Shown here piece after piece: positions 1 to 12,687 of a DNA stretch of 64,000 bases. Both the position numbers and the translations under genes were made by a program. A model generated the notes under the pieces. It saw only the letters and a program-made list of their open reading frames with translations. It was not told the origin of the DNA and did no database searches. Numbering within the stretch: position 1 is the stretch's first letter; each line of letters begins with the position of its first letter. Source of the DNA: Octopus vulgaris (Eukaryota); contig OX597832.1 in NCBI GenBank assembly GCA_951406725.2, forward strand, positions 19,716,001 through 19,780,000. Reading direction: 5' to 3'.

Positions 1-280
1 ACAAAACAGCGGCAGCAGCATCAGCAACAGCAGCAACATCAACAGCAATAGTAAGCACGTCGATATCGTCAATAAAAGTAAGAACAGGAACAACAGGTAT
101 AGCAACAAAGACAGCAAGATTACTACCTGCGCAAGAATACAGGAAACCAACAGAAAAGGGGAAACGGGGAGGGGAGCAAGTAAAAACAAAACAAAACAAA
201 AACAACAAAAAAAACAATTACCAGCAAAAGAAGCAGATGCACCAAAAATCAGTCAAAGCAACTGCAACAATACCAATGGT

Positions 281-327
281 ATGTTGATGATGATCATGAT
301 CATGATCATGACGATGACGAAGGTGAC

Positions 328-386
<59 letters not shown>

Positions 387-394
387 CAATGACG

Positions 395-425
<31 letters not shown>

Positions 426-511
426 CAACGATGATGATGATGACGGTGATGATAACGATGATGATGATGATGATAATAATAATAATAGTAATATTGATAA
501 TAATAATATTG

Positions 512-547
<36 letters not shown>

Positions 548-553
548 TTAATG

Positions 554-604
<51 letters not shown>

Positions 605-621
605 GTAATAATAATAATAAT
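281..621. repeat. (GAT)n/(AAT)n microsatellite
   Basis: Directly visible. Confidence 0.97.
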
Positions 622-624
622 TTA

Positions 625-857
625 GGCGTAGGAGAGGCTCTGTGGTAAGTAGCTTGCTTACGAACCACATGGGTCCGGGTCCAGTCCACCCAGAAGGCTT
701 TGTTAGACGGAGACTGCAAGATACCCGTCGTATAGAGACCGATAGAATAAGTACTAGGCTTATAAAAAATAAGTCCTGGGGTCGATTTGCTCGACTAAAG
801 GCGGTGCTCCAGCATGGCCACAGTCAAATGACTGAAACAAGTAAAAGAGCAAAAGAG
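625..857 (+). mobile_element. tRNA-derived SINE family A, internally deleted
   Basis: Head ggcgtaggagaggctctgtggtaag, tail ggcggtgctccagcatggccacagtcaaatgactgaaac; homolog of 56683-57090. Confidence 0.85.
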
Positions 858-859
858 TT

Positions 860-864
860 ATAAC

Positions 865-907
<43 letters not shown>

Positions 908-1170
908 GTAGTAAAAAAGAAGACGAAGAAGAAGAAGAAGAAGAAGAAGAAGAAGAAGAAGAAGAAGAAGAAGAAGAAGAAGAAGAAGAAGAAGAAGAAG
1001 AAGAAGAAGACGTAGAAGAAGAAGAAGAAGAAGAAGAAGAAGAAGAAGAAGAAGAAGAAGAAGAAGAAGAAGAAGAAGAAGAAGAAGAAGAAGAAGAAGA
1101 AGAAGAAGAAGAAGAAGAAGAAGAAGAAGAAGAAGAAGAAGAAGAAGAAGAAGAAGAAGAAGAAGAAGAA
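860..1170. repeat. (AAT)n/(GAA)n microsatellite
   Basis: Directly visible. Confidence 0.97.
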
Positions 1171-1175
1171 AAAGA

Positions 1176-1270
1176 AGACCCCCGAAAGAATTAAAGTCAA
1201 AGTTGACTTCGACAGAATTTGAACTCAGGAAATGAAGACGGACGAAAATTCTGAGAAGCATTTTGCCCGA
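1176..1270 (-). mobile_element. SINE family D fragment
   Basis: ccccgaaag..aaagttgacttcgacagaatttgaactcag. Confidence 0.7.
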
Positions 1271-2357
1271 AGAATGATTTATTCTTTTATTAGCCACAAG
1301 GGCTCACATACAAAACATTAAATGACGTACAATAACATAAAAGGCAATAATAGGACGATGCAATGGGGTTTTGCGTGTACACAATGTAATAACAATTACG
1401 GATTAAACAGATTAAAACTCCCAATAGGAGAGGCGATTTAAGTTCCTCGTGGAAAAACTCACAAAACCACGGGTGCCTAAAACAACAGGGCAAGAGCCCT
1501 TCTTTGATTCCCTTTTTACTGTCTTTGGTTTTAAATAAATTTTGTGGTTGCCATTTAGTGTTAGATCGCTCGTATTACAAGCAACAAGAAAGACATTTCA
1601 CGCGAAGCAACATCCAGAATTATATTACTAAATTTACGGATTTGATTTGGGAAAATTTTGTTTGTTAATTTGACCAAGTTTAGCGACATATGAAGTGTAA
1701 TTACACTTACCAAACGTTGACATATTTCAAGATAAAGTAATTTGGGTTGAGACGAATGTTTGCAAACAATATAATATCATATGGTTTATATTATTCATCT
1801 ATAAAAATTTAGATTTCCGACAAACCTGAGATATTTAAATGAAAGTTTCCAAATTGTATAAACCTCTACGAAGCCTACTATATTTTCAATTTGGATTGAA
1901 GATTTATTACTGCATACCGTGGGTTTCACTCTATTTATATACATATTAAAGCATGTTGGTAACTATGATGAAATACTAATGGAAATGTTTGAGTTGAGAG
2001 AACACTAGACTTACGATCTAATTAACTGTTCGGAAAGTTTATGAAGCTTTATTTTGTCTGTGCAATTCTTACTCATGTGTAGGCGGACTTAGCTCAGCTG
2101 AGTGATAAAAGAGAGGTATACTCATCAACGCGTAATCCATATTAGAAAAAAAAAATTTGTGAATATGAGGACGTGTGTGAAGGCCTGATGCACACAGATT
2201 CACAGACACACACACACAAACGCATACACAATTACGCACACATACATACAGGCATAGCTTATCTGTCTGCATGTCTGCATGTCTGCATGTCTGCATGTCT
2301 ATCTGTCTATCTATATATCTATCTATATATCTATTTATTTATCTATCTATATATTTA

Positions 2358-2401
<44 letters not shown>

Positions 2402-2406
2402 GATAG

Positions 2407-2440
<34 letters not shown>

Positions 2441-2442
2441 AG

Positions 2443-2763
2443 CACGTGATCACGTGACCGACCAGGCTATCAGATGTTGATCCACATCGCTTGTTACAAT
2501 GCGCTTCACATTCATTTAACCTTCAAATGACGCCACCCCGCTGGCTGAGGAGCCAGGCCAACAGCGACCAGGCCAACATAAGAAGGAGTGAGAGAAAGTT
2601 GCGGCGAAAGAGTGAAGTAGGGAACGCCGCCACCCGCTGCCGGAGCCTCGTGGAGCTTTAGGGGTTTTCGCCCAATAAACGCTCACAAGGCCCGGTCTGG
2701 GAATCAAAACCGCGATCCTACAACCGCGAGTCTGCTGCCCTAACCACTCGGCCATTACGCCTC
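2443..2763 (-). mobile_element. tRNA-derived SINE family C
   Basis: Minus-strand head gaggcgtaatggccgagtggttagggcagcagactcgcgg; homolog at 14259-14465. Confidence 0.82.
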
Positions 2764-3129
2764 ACACACACACACACACACATATATAAACAGAGAGAAA
2801 GAGAGATACTTATACCGATAGATAGTTATATATAAGTGTGTGTATGCGTGTGTGTGTGTGTGTGTGTGTGTGAACATACTCTCTGTCATTGTACTGAGTT
2901 GTTCATTGGCGAGATAATGTAAAATAAATATAAATTGCGTTACTTGTATCGAATGATTTACTCTAGTTTATACGTGTGTGTATGCGTGTGTGTGTGTGTG
3001 TGTGTTGTGTATGTGTGTGTGTATTGCGTGTGTGTCTGTGTGTACCCGTGTTTGTGTGTATATAAGGGAAAGAGAGAAAGTGAGACTAAATGAAAGATAG
3101 CAGTGTACTTGAATAACTCCTCTTCCTCT

Positions 3130-3184
<55 letters not shown>

Positions 3185-3346
3185 CACTACTATTACCACT
3201 ACTATTACTGCCAATGCTACCGCAACGAAAGCAATAACAATAACAGCAGCAATAATAATAATAGTAACAGTACTAATAACAATAATAATAATAATAATAG
3301 TGACAACAGTAACAACAACCACAACAACAACAACAACAACAACAAC

Positions 3347-3413
<67 letters not shown>

Positions 3414-3997
3414 GATGTGCAAAATAAAAAAAAAAAGACTAAGTCTGCTACAAACACTCGACCGTGACATGGGTCTGACATGTTGCCAACTGATCGTTAA
3501 TTGACTACAAAAAAGTGAATACAACATCATCAGCTGTCACACCAACTTGACTTTAATTAGTTTTGGGCTACACACACACACACACATACACACACACACA
3601 CACACACACATACAGAGAGCTACACCTACACACACACATATACAGGCATATTCGGCAGATGCCGTTTGTTTTTCACCCAAGTTTCACGTTAACACGATCA
3701 TTCGGGCAGTTATGCATCCTTTAATGAACCATGTATCGTTCTCCAAAATTTGCCTTGCGACCCGTCTATTTCATTAAGCAAAATAGATCATGTGATTCAC
3801 TCTAAAGAGATGGTTTTTTTTCCCACATGATGATGTTTGTGATAGGTGTGTGGAGGGAATAATTGTTTCGTACAATACTTTTTATTAAATGAACCGTACA
3901 TGAACATCAACATGTACGTCTATTTCATTAAGCAACATAGGTCATGTGATTTACTCCAAAGGGAAGGTTTTTCCCACGTGATGTTGAAACATTCTTT

Positions 3998-4363
3998 AAC
4001 AAGAGCACTCAGAGAGTGCAAACTTCCGCCAAGGCAACACCAACATCCTCTCAACGATTAACCGGAGATGATTTTTAAAATGGGAATATCTGATGTAAAC
4101 TCGATTGCTCTCACAAACAAAAAATACTAATAATGAACCCGACTGCTCTAAAAATTAAGTAAAGTAAAACACCGGAAATATAATCCAGAATCCTTGTCCG
4201 GTTCCGAATCGATCCCAAAATCTAATCACTTCGTGCCAGCCACGAGGCCAAACAAGCCTGAAAGTTTCATTCGAATCTATCCGGCGGTTCCTGAAATATC
4301 TTGTCTACGGACAAACAAACACGACCGAAACCAATACCTTTACCTTCACTAAGGCGGGGGTAA
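3998..4363 (-). mobile_element. Helentron-associated (HINE/DINE-1-like) non-autonomous element
   Basis: Terminal hairpin GCACTC-aga-GAGTGC, subterminal inverted repeats cttccgcc / ggcggggg, ends in AA/TT context. Confidence 0.65.
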
Positions 4364-4937
4364 CTAGAATAATTATTTATGAATCGATAGCAATGATCTG
4401 ATCCCAAATTTAACCTTTGCTTCTTTTATATTCTAAAGAGCAATTTATAAACCTTTACTCGTGCAATTCTAGAAAGTCAGCCAAATTACAATGTTCTGAC
4501 ATTATCTTTCATACGGGTACTATTTTTTTTTTACCTTATAGAACATTTTACCATGTCGCTTGTTTGATTAATAAAGTTATCATGAAATTTGAAGTATTAA
4601 AAAAACTATATCAGGTGAAAACATTAGAAAAAAAGTATACTCTAGTGATTGCATTTATTATTAATTTTTGATTGATAGAATCAGTGAAAGTGATATATAG
4701 TTCAATATCGGGATTGCTTCCTGAAGTGAACATGGTAAGGACAATTAGATTAAGTCTTCAAAAGTAATAACAGAAAGAGGCAGCAAGTTTTGTTGTAAAA
4801 ACGACTTCAACAAGTATGTTATCGAACGGAACAAAACGACGTTTGTTAGACTCTCCTTTTCTTTTAAAATGTAATATGTACAAGGTTGAATGATGTCTGT
4901 TTCCATAGAGGAACGCGCGCACACACACACACACACG

Positions 4938-4974
<37 letters not shown>

Positions 4975-5109
4975 ACACAAATACACTCACACTTAAATGC
5001 ATACGTGTGTGTCTGTGTGTATTATAATTACGTTTAGGCGTAGGAATAGTAATGACAAAACGTCAGAACTTTATGTACGTACATACACATATATACAACC
5101 ACACACGCC

Positions 5110-5141
<32 letters not shown>

Positions 5142-5190
5142 GATAGATAGATAGATAGATACATACATATATACACACACACATTTATCC

Positions 5191-5221
<31 letters not shown>

Positions 5222-5249
5222 TATATATGTGTGTGTGTGTGTGTGTGTA

Positions 5250-5370
5250 AAGGCACACGACTTAGGGGTTAGGATGTTGTACATACGATTGTGAGATCGT
5301 GGGTTCGATACCCAGACTGGGGCGTTGCGTTGTTTTCTTCATCAAAGCACTTCATTGTACGTTGCTGTTC
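5250..5370 (+). mobile_element. SINE family B, degenerate head
   Basis: ggttcgatacc B box and aaagcacttcatt core. Confidence 0.65.
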
Positions 5371-6043
5371 AATAAAGGCAACAACGCAACGGAAAGTGCG
5401 ATCAATATTAATGCAGTATAAGGGTAAGCTGGTGTCAACCGTGGTTTCAGAAATTCCGATCCGGAAACTACAGCCAAGAAGACGAGCCTCACGCTGGAAG
5501 ATCTGTAGAGCTCAGCGTCGTGCAAACCCTGGTAGGAAAAATACCTAATCGTAACTGTCGAGGAACTAGCAGAGAAGCTTGCATTTGGTCATTCAACCAG
5601 TCATTCAAGTCAGCGCTTAAAGAAAAGCGACCATCTTTGTTTTCAAGACGAAAGGTGTTCTTCCTCGAGAATAATGCTTGACACCATACAACGAAGATGA
5701 AATTATAAGGGCTGGTGCAGTTTAAATGGAAAGTGATTTCCCATCCAACATATTTGCCGAACATTGCCCCATCTATTTATCATTTATTCCGCAGTCTCCA
5801 AAATCATTTAGACGGAAAAGATATGATTTCTCTAGACGAGGTCAGAACAGTATTGGAGGAGTATTTTTTCGTCACAGAGAAGTGAATTTTATAAGAGCGG
5901 TCTTGCAAGTCTACCAGATAGATGGAAGAGCATTGTAGAAAATGTCGGTGAGTATGATTTAGATGAAGAAAAATCTTTGTTTAGCTTAATTTTGAAAAAT
6001 AAATGAAGTATTAAAAAACCGCTTTATTTATGGGTTGATCCAC
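5371..6043 (+). pseudogene. Internally deleted mariner transposon relic
   Basis: Translates to WFQKFRSGNYSQEDEPHAGR, VEELAEKL, LKEKRPSL..VFFLENNA, HPTYLPNIAPS, YHLFRSLQNHLDGK, LPDRWKSIVENVGEY with stops and frameshifts; TIR-like end at ~6015-6043. Confidence 0.88.
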
Positions 6044-7277
6044 TACATCATTTTCCTTCCGTATCTTTTATTAAAAACAATGTGTACGTTTTTGTTTCTT
6101 AGTGTGTTTTGTGTGTATATGTGTGTGCATGAGTGTGTGAGTGTGTGTGTGCATGCATGTATCCGTGCGTGCTTTTTATGTGTGTATGTGTTTACGTACG
6201 TGTGTGTGTACGAATACTTCACAGTAAACACGTATGAATGGCAACAAAAACACGAAGAGCATAACGAAGCAACCTGTTAGTGAATGAAGGAAAGTAAAGG
6301 AAACTGAAACATGGAGCAACAGCTCTTAGACCGTCACGTAAACATTTCTATTCAGTCACTCACAAACGCGTGCTCACTCACGTACATAGAAGCTACGTAG
6401 TCAACACATGCTACCGTAGAGGCAACGTCTTCCGCCATTTTTTGAAACAAACTCGTGCACGTAGAGAAGCATATATTAATACGCAACATGCTTGTAAAAT
6501 AATTACGTATTCTACACATCTGAGGACTTACACGCAGTAGTAGATAAGCATTAAACATCTATGTTATTTTGAGATCAATGTCGGTGCAGAGAGGGTTCAT
6601 ATTGTTGCGTGTAATTAGTTTAACCCGTTTATGTTTGTGATAGGTGTGTGGAGGGAAAAATTGTTTCATACAATACTTTTTATTAAATGAACCGTACTTT
6701 TACATCAACAGATAGAACATATCTTTTGGTAAAAGTCCATTGAACCAGAAGTTTAAGGCCTTTGTGTTGTAGTTGGTGGTAGTGGTGCTGTGTCGGGGGT
6801 GGAGTAATTAACCACGTGCCCTAAAGCAACAACAGCAACAACAGCAGCAAAAAAAACAGCAACAGCACAAATACAAGGTGTTATTGGTAACGGAGACGAT
6901 GATAGAGTTGGGAGCAGAGGGCAGTGACCATCTGCAATGTCAAAAACTACCAAAACATATGGTTCGTTAATAGAATATATCATGTGCTTTCGTGACGAAC
7001 CTTTACTCAAAACTTACACACGAGACCCCTGCCTATATATGATAAGCATATTATGCATGAGTCTCTTTCTCTCTCTCTCCTTCTTTCTCTTCTCTTTATA
7101 TGTGTGCATGTAAGTGTATATATATATATACATATAAACATATATATAAATATATATATATATATGTATGTATGTATATATATCTATATATACAAATACA
7201 ATAATATATATATGCATATATATGTGCAATATAATATATCATATATCTATTTCTATGTATGTATATATATACATATA

Positions 7278-7368
<91 letters not shown>

Positions 7369-7370
<2 letters not shown>

Positions 7371-7740
7371 TTTTATTTGTTTGAGTTATTTACTGTGGTC
7401 ATGCTGGAGCAACGCCTCTAGTCGAACAAATCGACCCCAGGACTTATTTGTGTAAGCCTAGTACTTATTCTATCGGATTCTTTTGCCGAACCGCTAAGAC
7501 GTAAACACACCAGCATCGGTTGGCAAGCGATGGTGGTGGTGGTGGTGGGGACAAACACAGACACAGAAACATACACACACATATATGTATGTATAGAAAG
7601 CATACGGAGCTTCTTTCAACTTCCATCTACCAAATCCACTCACAAGGCTTTGGTTGGCCCGGGGATATCGTACTGGGACTGAACCTGGAACCAATGTGGT
7701 TGATAAGCAAGCTTCCTTCCACATAGCTACTCCTGCGTCT
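7369..7740 (-). mobile_element. tRNA-derived SINE family A
   Basis: Reverse-complement homolog of 56683-57090. Confidence 0.85.
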
Positions 7741-7747
7741 ATATATA

Positions 7748-7945
7748 TAGTTGGAATTTATAGAAAACTAAAAGACGAAGATAGGTGTATGAACAACAAG
7801 CAAGTGTATTAGTTTGAGGCTCGGGTAAAATGAAAAACTGTTTTACGTTTCGAGCCTACGCTCTTCAACCAAAATCGGATAAGAGAAAATAAAAAGAGAG
7901 AATGAAAAAAGAAACTTGTAGATTTCAGCAGCCCAGAATGGCGAA
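7748..7945 (-). mobile_element. Short PLE-terminus-like repeat, degenerate HHR (7841-7874)
   Basis: Reverse-complement homolog of 9115-9262. Confidence 0.7.
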
Positions 7946-8304
7946 TGACGATATAAAAGGCAGATATACTTTTTGTCGCGTAATCCATATTAGAGTAAGA
8001 CAGGTGTGTGAATGAGTGAATGTGTGTGAAGGCCTGATACACACAGATTCACAGGCAGATACACACTCACATATATATATACAGTCATAACCTAACTAGC
8101 TATCTCTCTGCCTGTATCTTTCTATCTATTATATCTATCGATATGTCTGTCCCTGTCTCTCTGTCTCTGTCTCTCTGTATTGCTCTCTCTCTCTCTTTCT
8201 CTTCCTATATGTATTCTTCCGTTTCTTTTATTCTTTTACTGGTTTCAGCCATTTGACTGCAGCTATGCTGGATCACCGCTCTTAGTAGCATCAAGAAGGA
8301 AAAA

Positions 8305-8492
8305 TTGGTTTCAAAATTTTGCACAAGGCCAGCAATTTTAGGTGAGACGGGAAGTCGATTACACCGACACCAGTACTCAACTAGTTCTTATTTTATCAAT
8401 CCCGAAAGGTCCAAAGTCGACTCTAATGAAACTTGACTTCAGAAAGTAAGGATAGACAAAATTCTGCTAAGCATTTTGCTCGCTGCCTTGCA
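8305..8492 (-). mobile_element. SINE family D
   Basis: Homology to other family D copies; a SINE tail also at 8225-8280. Confidence 0.7.
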
Positions 8493-8643
8493 GTAAGAAA
8501 ATATGGCGAACAAGAATTCCCCAAAGTTAAACGGTGCTCACCAATAATATTCATTCAAGATATATTGACAATAATTTTCTCTTTCACCTCACAAGGAAAT
8601 TAATTAATTGAAGATAATCTAAGCAACTATGACTAACACAAAG

Positions 8644-8734
<91 letters not shown>

Positions 8735-9114
8735 ACGAACGCACTCAGTCATATAAAAACTTTCTGTATGGTAGCTGTCATGAAAGTGTAATTTTCTTTA
8801 GAGAACAATATGTGAGAACAACATCAAGCTATACTATCAATGGCTTTATCAAATTGTAGGGTTCGTATTTATGCGTCCCTGTGCTTCATCAGTAACATAC
8901 ATCGAAGCTATAGTTCAAAACACAGAAAGAACTGACGTTTTATACATAAATAAGAAACAATAAGTTTGCAGGCGTGTGCAAAGCTATTGCAAGCTTAAGA
9001 CTAACGCTGTAGAAGCAAGTGCTCAGTTCCACGACGTCATTGTTATTCAAACTCCGTGTGTTTTCTAATGTTATCTGCAGAATTTTCTCTCGATGAATAT
9101 TATTGCAACAAAGA

Positions 9115-9262
9115 CCTTGTTTATTTCTGTGTTCCTTCCTGTTGAAGAGCGTAGGCTCGAAACGTAAAAGACTTTCGCACTTCCCGAGCGTTAAACTAAC
9201 ACATCTGTTTGTTGTTTACACACCCGCCCTCGTCCTTTGTTCTTCTTTTCGTAAATTCTCAC
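9115..9262 (+). mobile_element. Short PLE-terminus-like repeat with HHR-like motif (9135-9170)
   Basis: cttc-CTGTTGA-a-gag-cgtagg-ctc-GAAA-cg-TA-aaag; ends gtaaattctcac then (TA)n; homologous to the 7748, 27308 and 33411 units. Confidence 0.75.
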
Positions 9263-9285
9263 TATATATATAAACACGAATTCAA

Positions 9286-9326
9286 GATACCTGAAGAGAA
9301 GCATCCCGTTTGAAACTCGGTGTATC
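9286..9326 (+). ncRNA. Degenerate hammerhead motif (cleavage-site nucleotide missing)
   Basis: gatac-CTGAAGA-gaagc..gttt-GAAA-ctcggt-gtatc; stem I extends via aattca/tgaatt. Confidence 0.6.
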
Positions 9327-9374
9327 GATGAATTTGTACCAAACTGTTTTGATCCTTCAGAAATGTAACCACAA

Positions 9375-9555
9375 GTGAACTGTTGGCGATTTTTTCCCTA
9401 TTCTTCCTTCTTTCTCTTTAGACCTTCCTTTTTCCGACGAAGGGCTATACTAGAAACGTTAACAGCTCTCTCTCTCTTAGTATATTTTCGATGAATGTCT
9501 TCATTTTTTCTTTTTTCTCTCTATTTTTAAATGTTTTTTATTTGAATTGACTATA
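9375..9555 (+). mobile_element. PLE-terminus-like unit with degenerate HHR (9431-9463)
   Basis: CCGACGA...GAAACGTT; shares the gttggcgatttttt start and a similar end with the 60204-60410 unit. Confidence 0.55.
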
Positions 9556-9657
9556 TATATATGCGTGTGTGTGTGTATGTGTGTGTCTGTGTATGTGTGT
9601 AAGTATGCATCAAATATATACCTGTGTATGTGTATATATATATATATGTATATGTAC

Positions 9658-9689
<32 letters not shown>

Positions 9690-9690
<1 letters not shown>

Positions 9691-11378
9691 ATGAAAAAGA
9701 CTACATCACCAATTTTGAACCAAAACCCAGCAACTTCTACGGCTTACCAAAAATACACAAATCAAAAAACATTCAACAGGCAGTAAAAGAACAAGAAAGT
9801 GAGTACATAAAATTATTACATCCAAAAGACCTAAAACTTAGACCTATTATAGCTGGTCCAGCATGCCCTACACACCGTCTAAGCAATTTTATTGACATTG
9901 TTTTGAAACCACTATGTACTTACATACCAAGTTTCATCAGGGATGACATCGACTTCCTGTCCCATCTTCCCAAAACAACAGAAACAAATTCAGTTTTGCT
10001 AAGTTTTGATGTGGTAAGCCTCTACACCAATATTCCACACGATTTAGGAATAAAGGCGATTAAATACTGGTTAGAAAAACATAGAGAAGTGATTCCCAGC
10101 AGATTCACAGTGCCATTTATATTAGACACAGTCAAACTTATTCTAGAAAATAACACATTCTTCTTCAATGGAAAGAATTACATCCAAATTAGAGGCACGG
10201 CGATGGGAACGAGGTTTGCTCCCGTTTACGCCAACTCTGTAATGGGATACTTAGAAGAACAACTCTACCAAGAGGTGGAGGTAAACTATGGCACTGGATT
10301 TAGAAAGTATATTGAAAAGGCATGGAAGAGATACCTAGACGACTGTTTCATAATCTGGACAGAATCTCTAAATACTCTGGAAGAGTTCAATATCCTCCTG
10401 AACAACCTACACCCATCTCTCAAATTTACAAAGGAGATGAGTAGTACCAAATTACCATTCCTGGATATAATGGTAATTAAAAAAGACACCACCATCACCA
10501 CAGATATATACTATAAACACACAGACACACATCAATACCTAAATTTTAAGTCGTGCCATCCACCACATACAAAACGTAACATCCCATACTGCCTAGCCAG
10601 AAGAATTTGTACTATTGTAGAAGATGCAAATATCAGGAACAAACGCCTAATAGAACTAAGAGAATTTTTGCTCAAACAAAAATACCCATCTCTACTTATA
10701 GAAAATGGCATACAGCGGGCTATAAAAATACCTATACAACAACTTAGGACGACCCAAGGAAGAGGAAAACAAGAACAAGTCATACCATTCATAGTGACAC
10801 ACAACCCATGTCACCAGAATATCTTCAACATTGCCAAAGCAAACCTTCCAATCATTGCCCAAAGTAATGAATTAAAAGACATAATCAAGGATCGAGCTAT
10901 GGTGCTTAGTAAAAGACAGCCTAAAAACTTGAAAACATTACTAACAAAGGCAAAATTTGACCTCAGCAACAAAGACCAAACATTCACGGTATCTAAATGC
11001 AATGATAGCCGATGTGGCACATGCCAATTCATACATACCGGTCAATATATAAACACAAAAACCGGGAAAATATTCACAAACGCGAATATGAACTGCAAAA
11101 GCAGAAATTTAATTTACTGCATCAAATGCCCAAATTGTGAAGAAATATATGTAGGTCAGACGGGAAACGCACTATTAGAACGCTCACGTGTACACCGGCA
11201 ACAGATTAGAGACCCAGAGGTCCGTCAGATACCTTTGAGTAACCACCTAGCAACATGTGGTCGGAAAATATATATAATATTTCCATTCTACAAATTACAC
11301 AGCCCAAGTGAAATCGAGAGGAAAATCAGAGAAAAGAATTTTATTGATAAATTCGAACCCATGCTAAATAAGCAATAA
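9690..11378 (+). CDS. Penelope-like retroelement ORF (reverse transcriptase + C-terminal GIY-YIG endonuclease), Neptune-type, 5'-truncated
   Basis: Uninterrupted frame with FYGLPKIHK, LRPII, SFDVVSLYTNIP, GTAMG, RYLDD, LPFLD, Cys linker CNDSRCGTC, and GIY-YIG motifs LIYCIKCPNC..YVGQT, R..H, H..C, E, PMLN. The ORF-track start at 9624 lies in a (TA)n microsatellite; real sequence starts ~9690 with no initiator. Confidence 0.95.
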
Positions 11379-11695
11379 TAATAATACTTAGAGGTATTAC
11401 TTCCACTGCTACGACCATGACCACTAACAACAACAACAATACTAAAGGTGATCAAGACGAAGATAGCAGGAAAATTATCTTATTTAGGGTTAAAAGTTCT
11501 ATTGCCACCACCATCACCACTAGCAACAATAATTAAGGTGCTGACAATGATGATGATGACAATTGAAATATAAAAATATAAAAATCTCTGACAAAGGATA
11601 TTTACAACATTTCTAAAAATAACCCAACAATTGCTGCTTCGGCCAGGGTCAAGATACAGGACTCTTGACCTGTCCAACAAAGCGTGATGCCTAAA

Positions 11696-11840
11696 CCAAT
11701 CAGCTCAACCAACCAATCAGCTTAAGTAATTGAGTGATACTACACACTGATTGGTCAGAATACAGTTTGCAAAACCTAGCACTCTGGAGCCTACCCAGCT
11801 GTATTTATAGCACAGAATCACTCATCTTGCTACAGTCAAA
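11696..11840 (+). promoter_or_regulatory. Pol II promoter-like module of the PLE pseudo-LTR
   Basis: CCAAT at 11696 and 11713, ATTGG at 11750, TATTTATA at 11802-11809, Inr-like CAGTC at ~11833; AATAAA further downstream at 12007-12012. Confidence 0.55.
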
Positions 11841-11872
11841 AATTGTGAAGCATGACTGTCAACACTACTACA

Positions 11873-11917
11873 TGAACCCGAAGATTGCAGAATTCAATGC
11901 ATGAAAGTACTAGTTCA
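11873..11917 (+). ncRNA. Minimal type I hammerhead ribozyme in PLE pseudo-LTR (U4C core)
   Basis: tgaac-CCGAAGA-t-tgca-gaattcaa-tgca-t-GAAA-gtac-TA-gttca; stem I tgaac/gttca; palindromic stem III AGTACT. Confidence 0.8.
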
Positions 11918-12133
11918 ATCAGAATGAATATTTAACATTCTACTATTTCATTTTATTTTATTCAATTATAATATATTATCTTATAATATATCATTATAAG
12001 ATTGTAAATAAAACGTGAAAATCAGACAAGGTTGGAATTCTTTTTATTAATATATTCTTCTATACACAATCACACACACCCATATATATATATATATCTA
12101 TATATATATATATATATATATATACATACATAC

Positions 12134-12195
<62 letters not shown>

Positions 12196-12480
12196 ATATG
12201 CAAGCATACACTCACACGTGAACACAGATACATATGCATTCACATATATACACAAACACACTCACACAAGGTTTTCTCTTCAACAGAATTCTTAAAATAC
12301 AAATTGTATGCATAAAAAAAACCAAATCATTTTTTTCAAGAGTCGTTTTTCCAAAAGAAAGAAAAAAAATCATATATACACCCACTCCGGATTACGCATC
12401 GAGTATTTTGCCTTGAGACGATTCTCATATTTTTTTACCACTCTTTCTTTTTAACGGGGACATCCAACAAATTATAATGT

Positions 12481-12539
<59 letters not shown>

Positions 12540-12623
12540 CATGTGTATGTGTTCATGCATGTGAATGTGTGCGTTTTTGTAAATACGAATACGTCTACGC
12601 TTCACCTTTGTTGTTATAGGCAC

Positions 12624-12687
<64 letters not shown>

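Larger units (their letters stand above)
9690..12065 (+). mobile_element. Neptune-type PLE copy including 3' pseudo-LTR, inserted in a (TA)n tract
   Basis: RT-EN ORF followed by ~690 bp of non-coding sequence with promoter motifs and an HHR; (TA)n on both sides. Confidence 0.88.

Noticed and set aside
9624-9689. N-terminal MYVYIYIY extension of the PLE ORF
   Set aside because: Lies in the flanking (TA)n tract; not part of the element.
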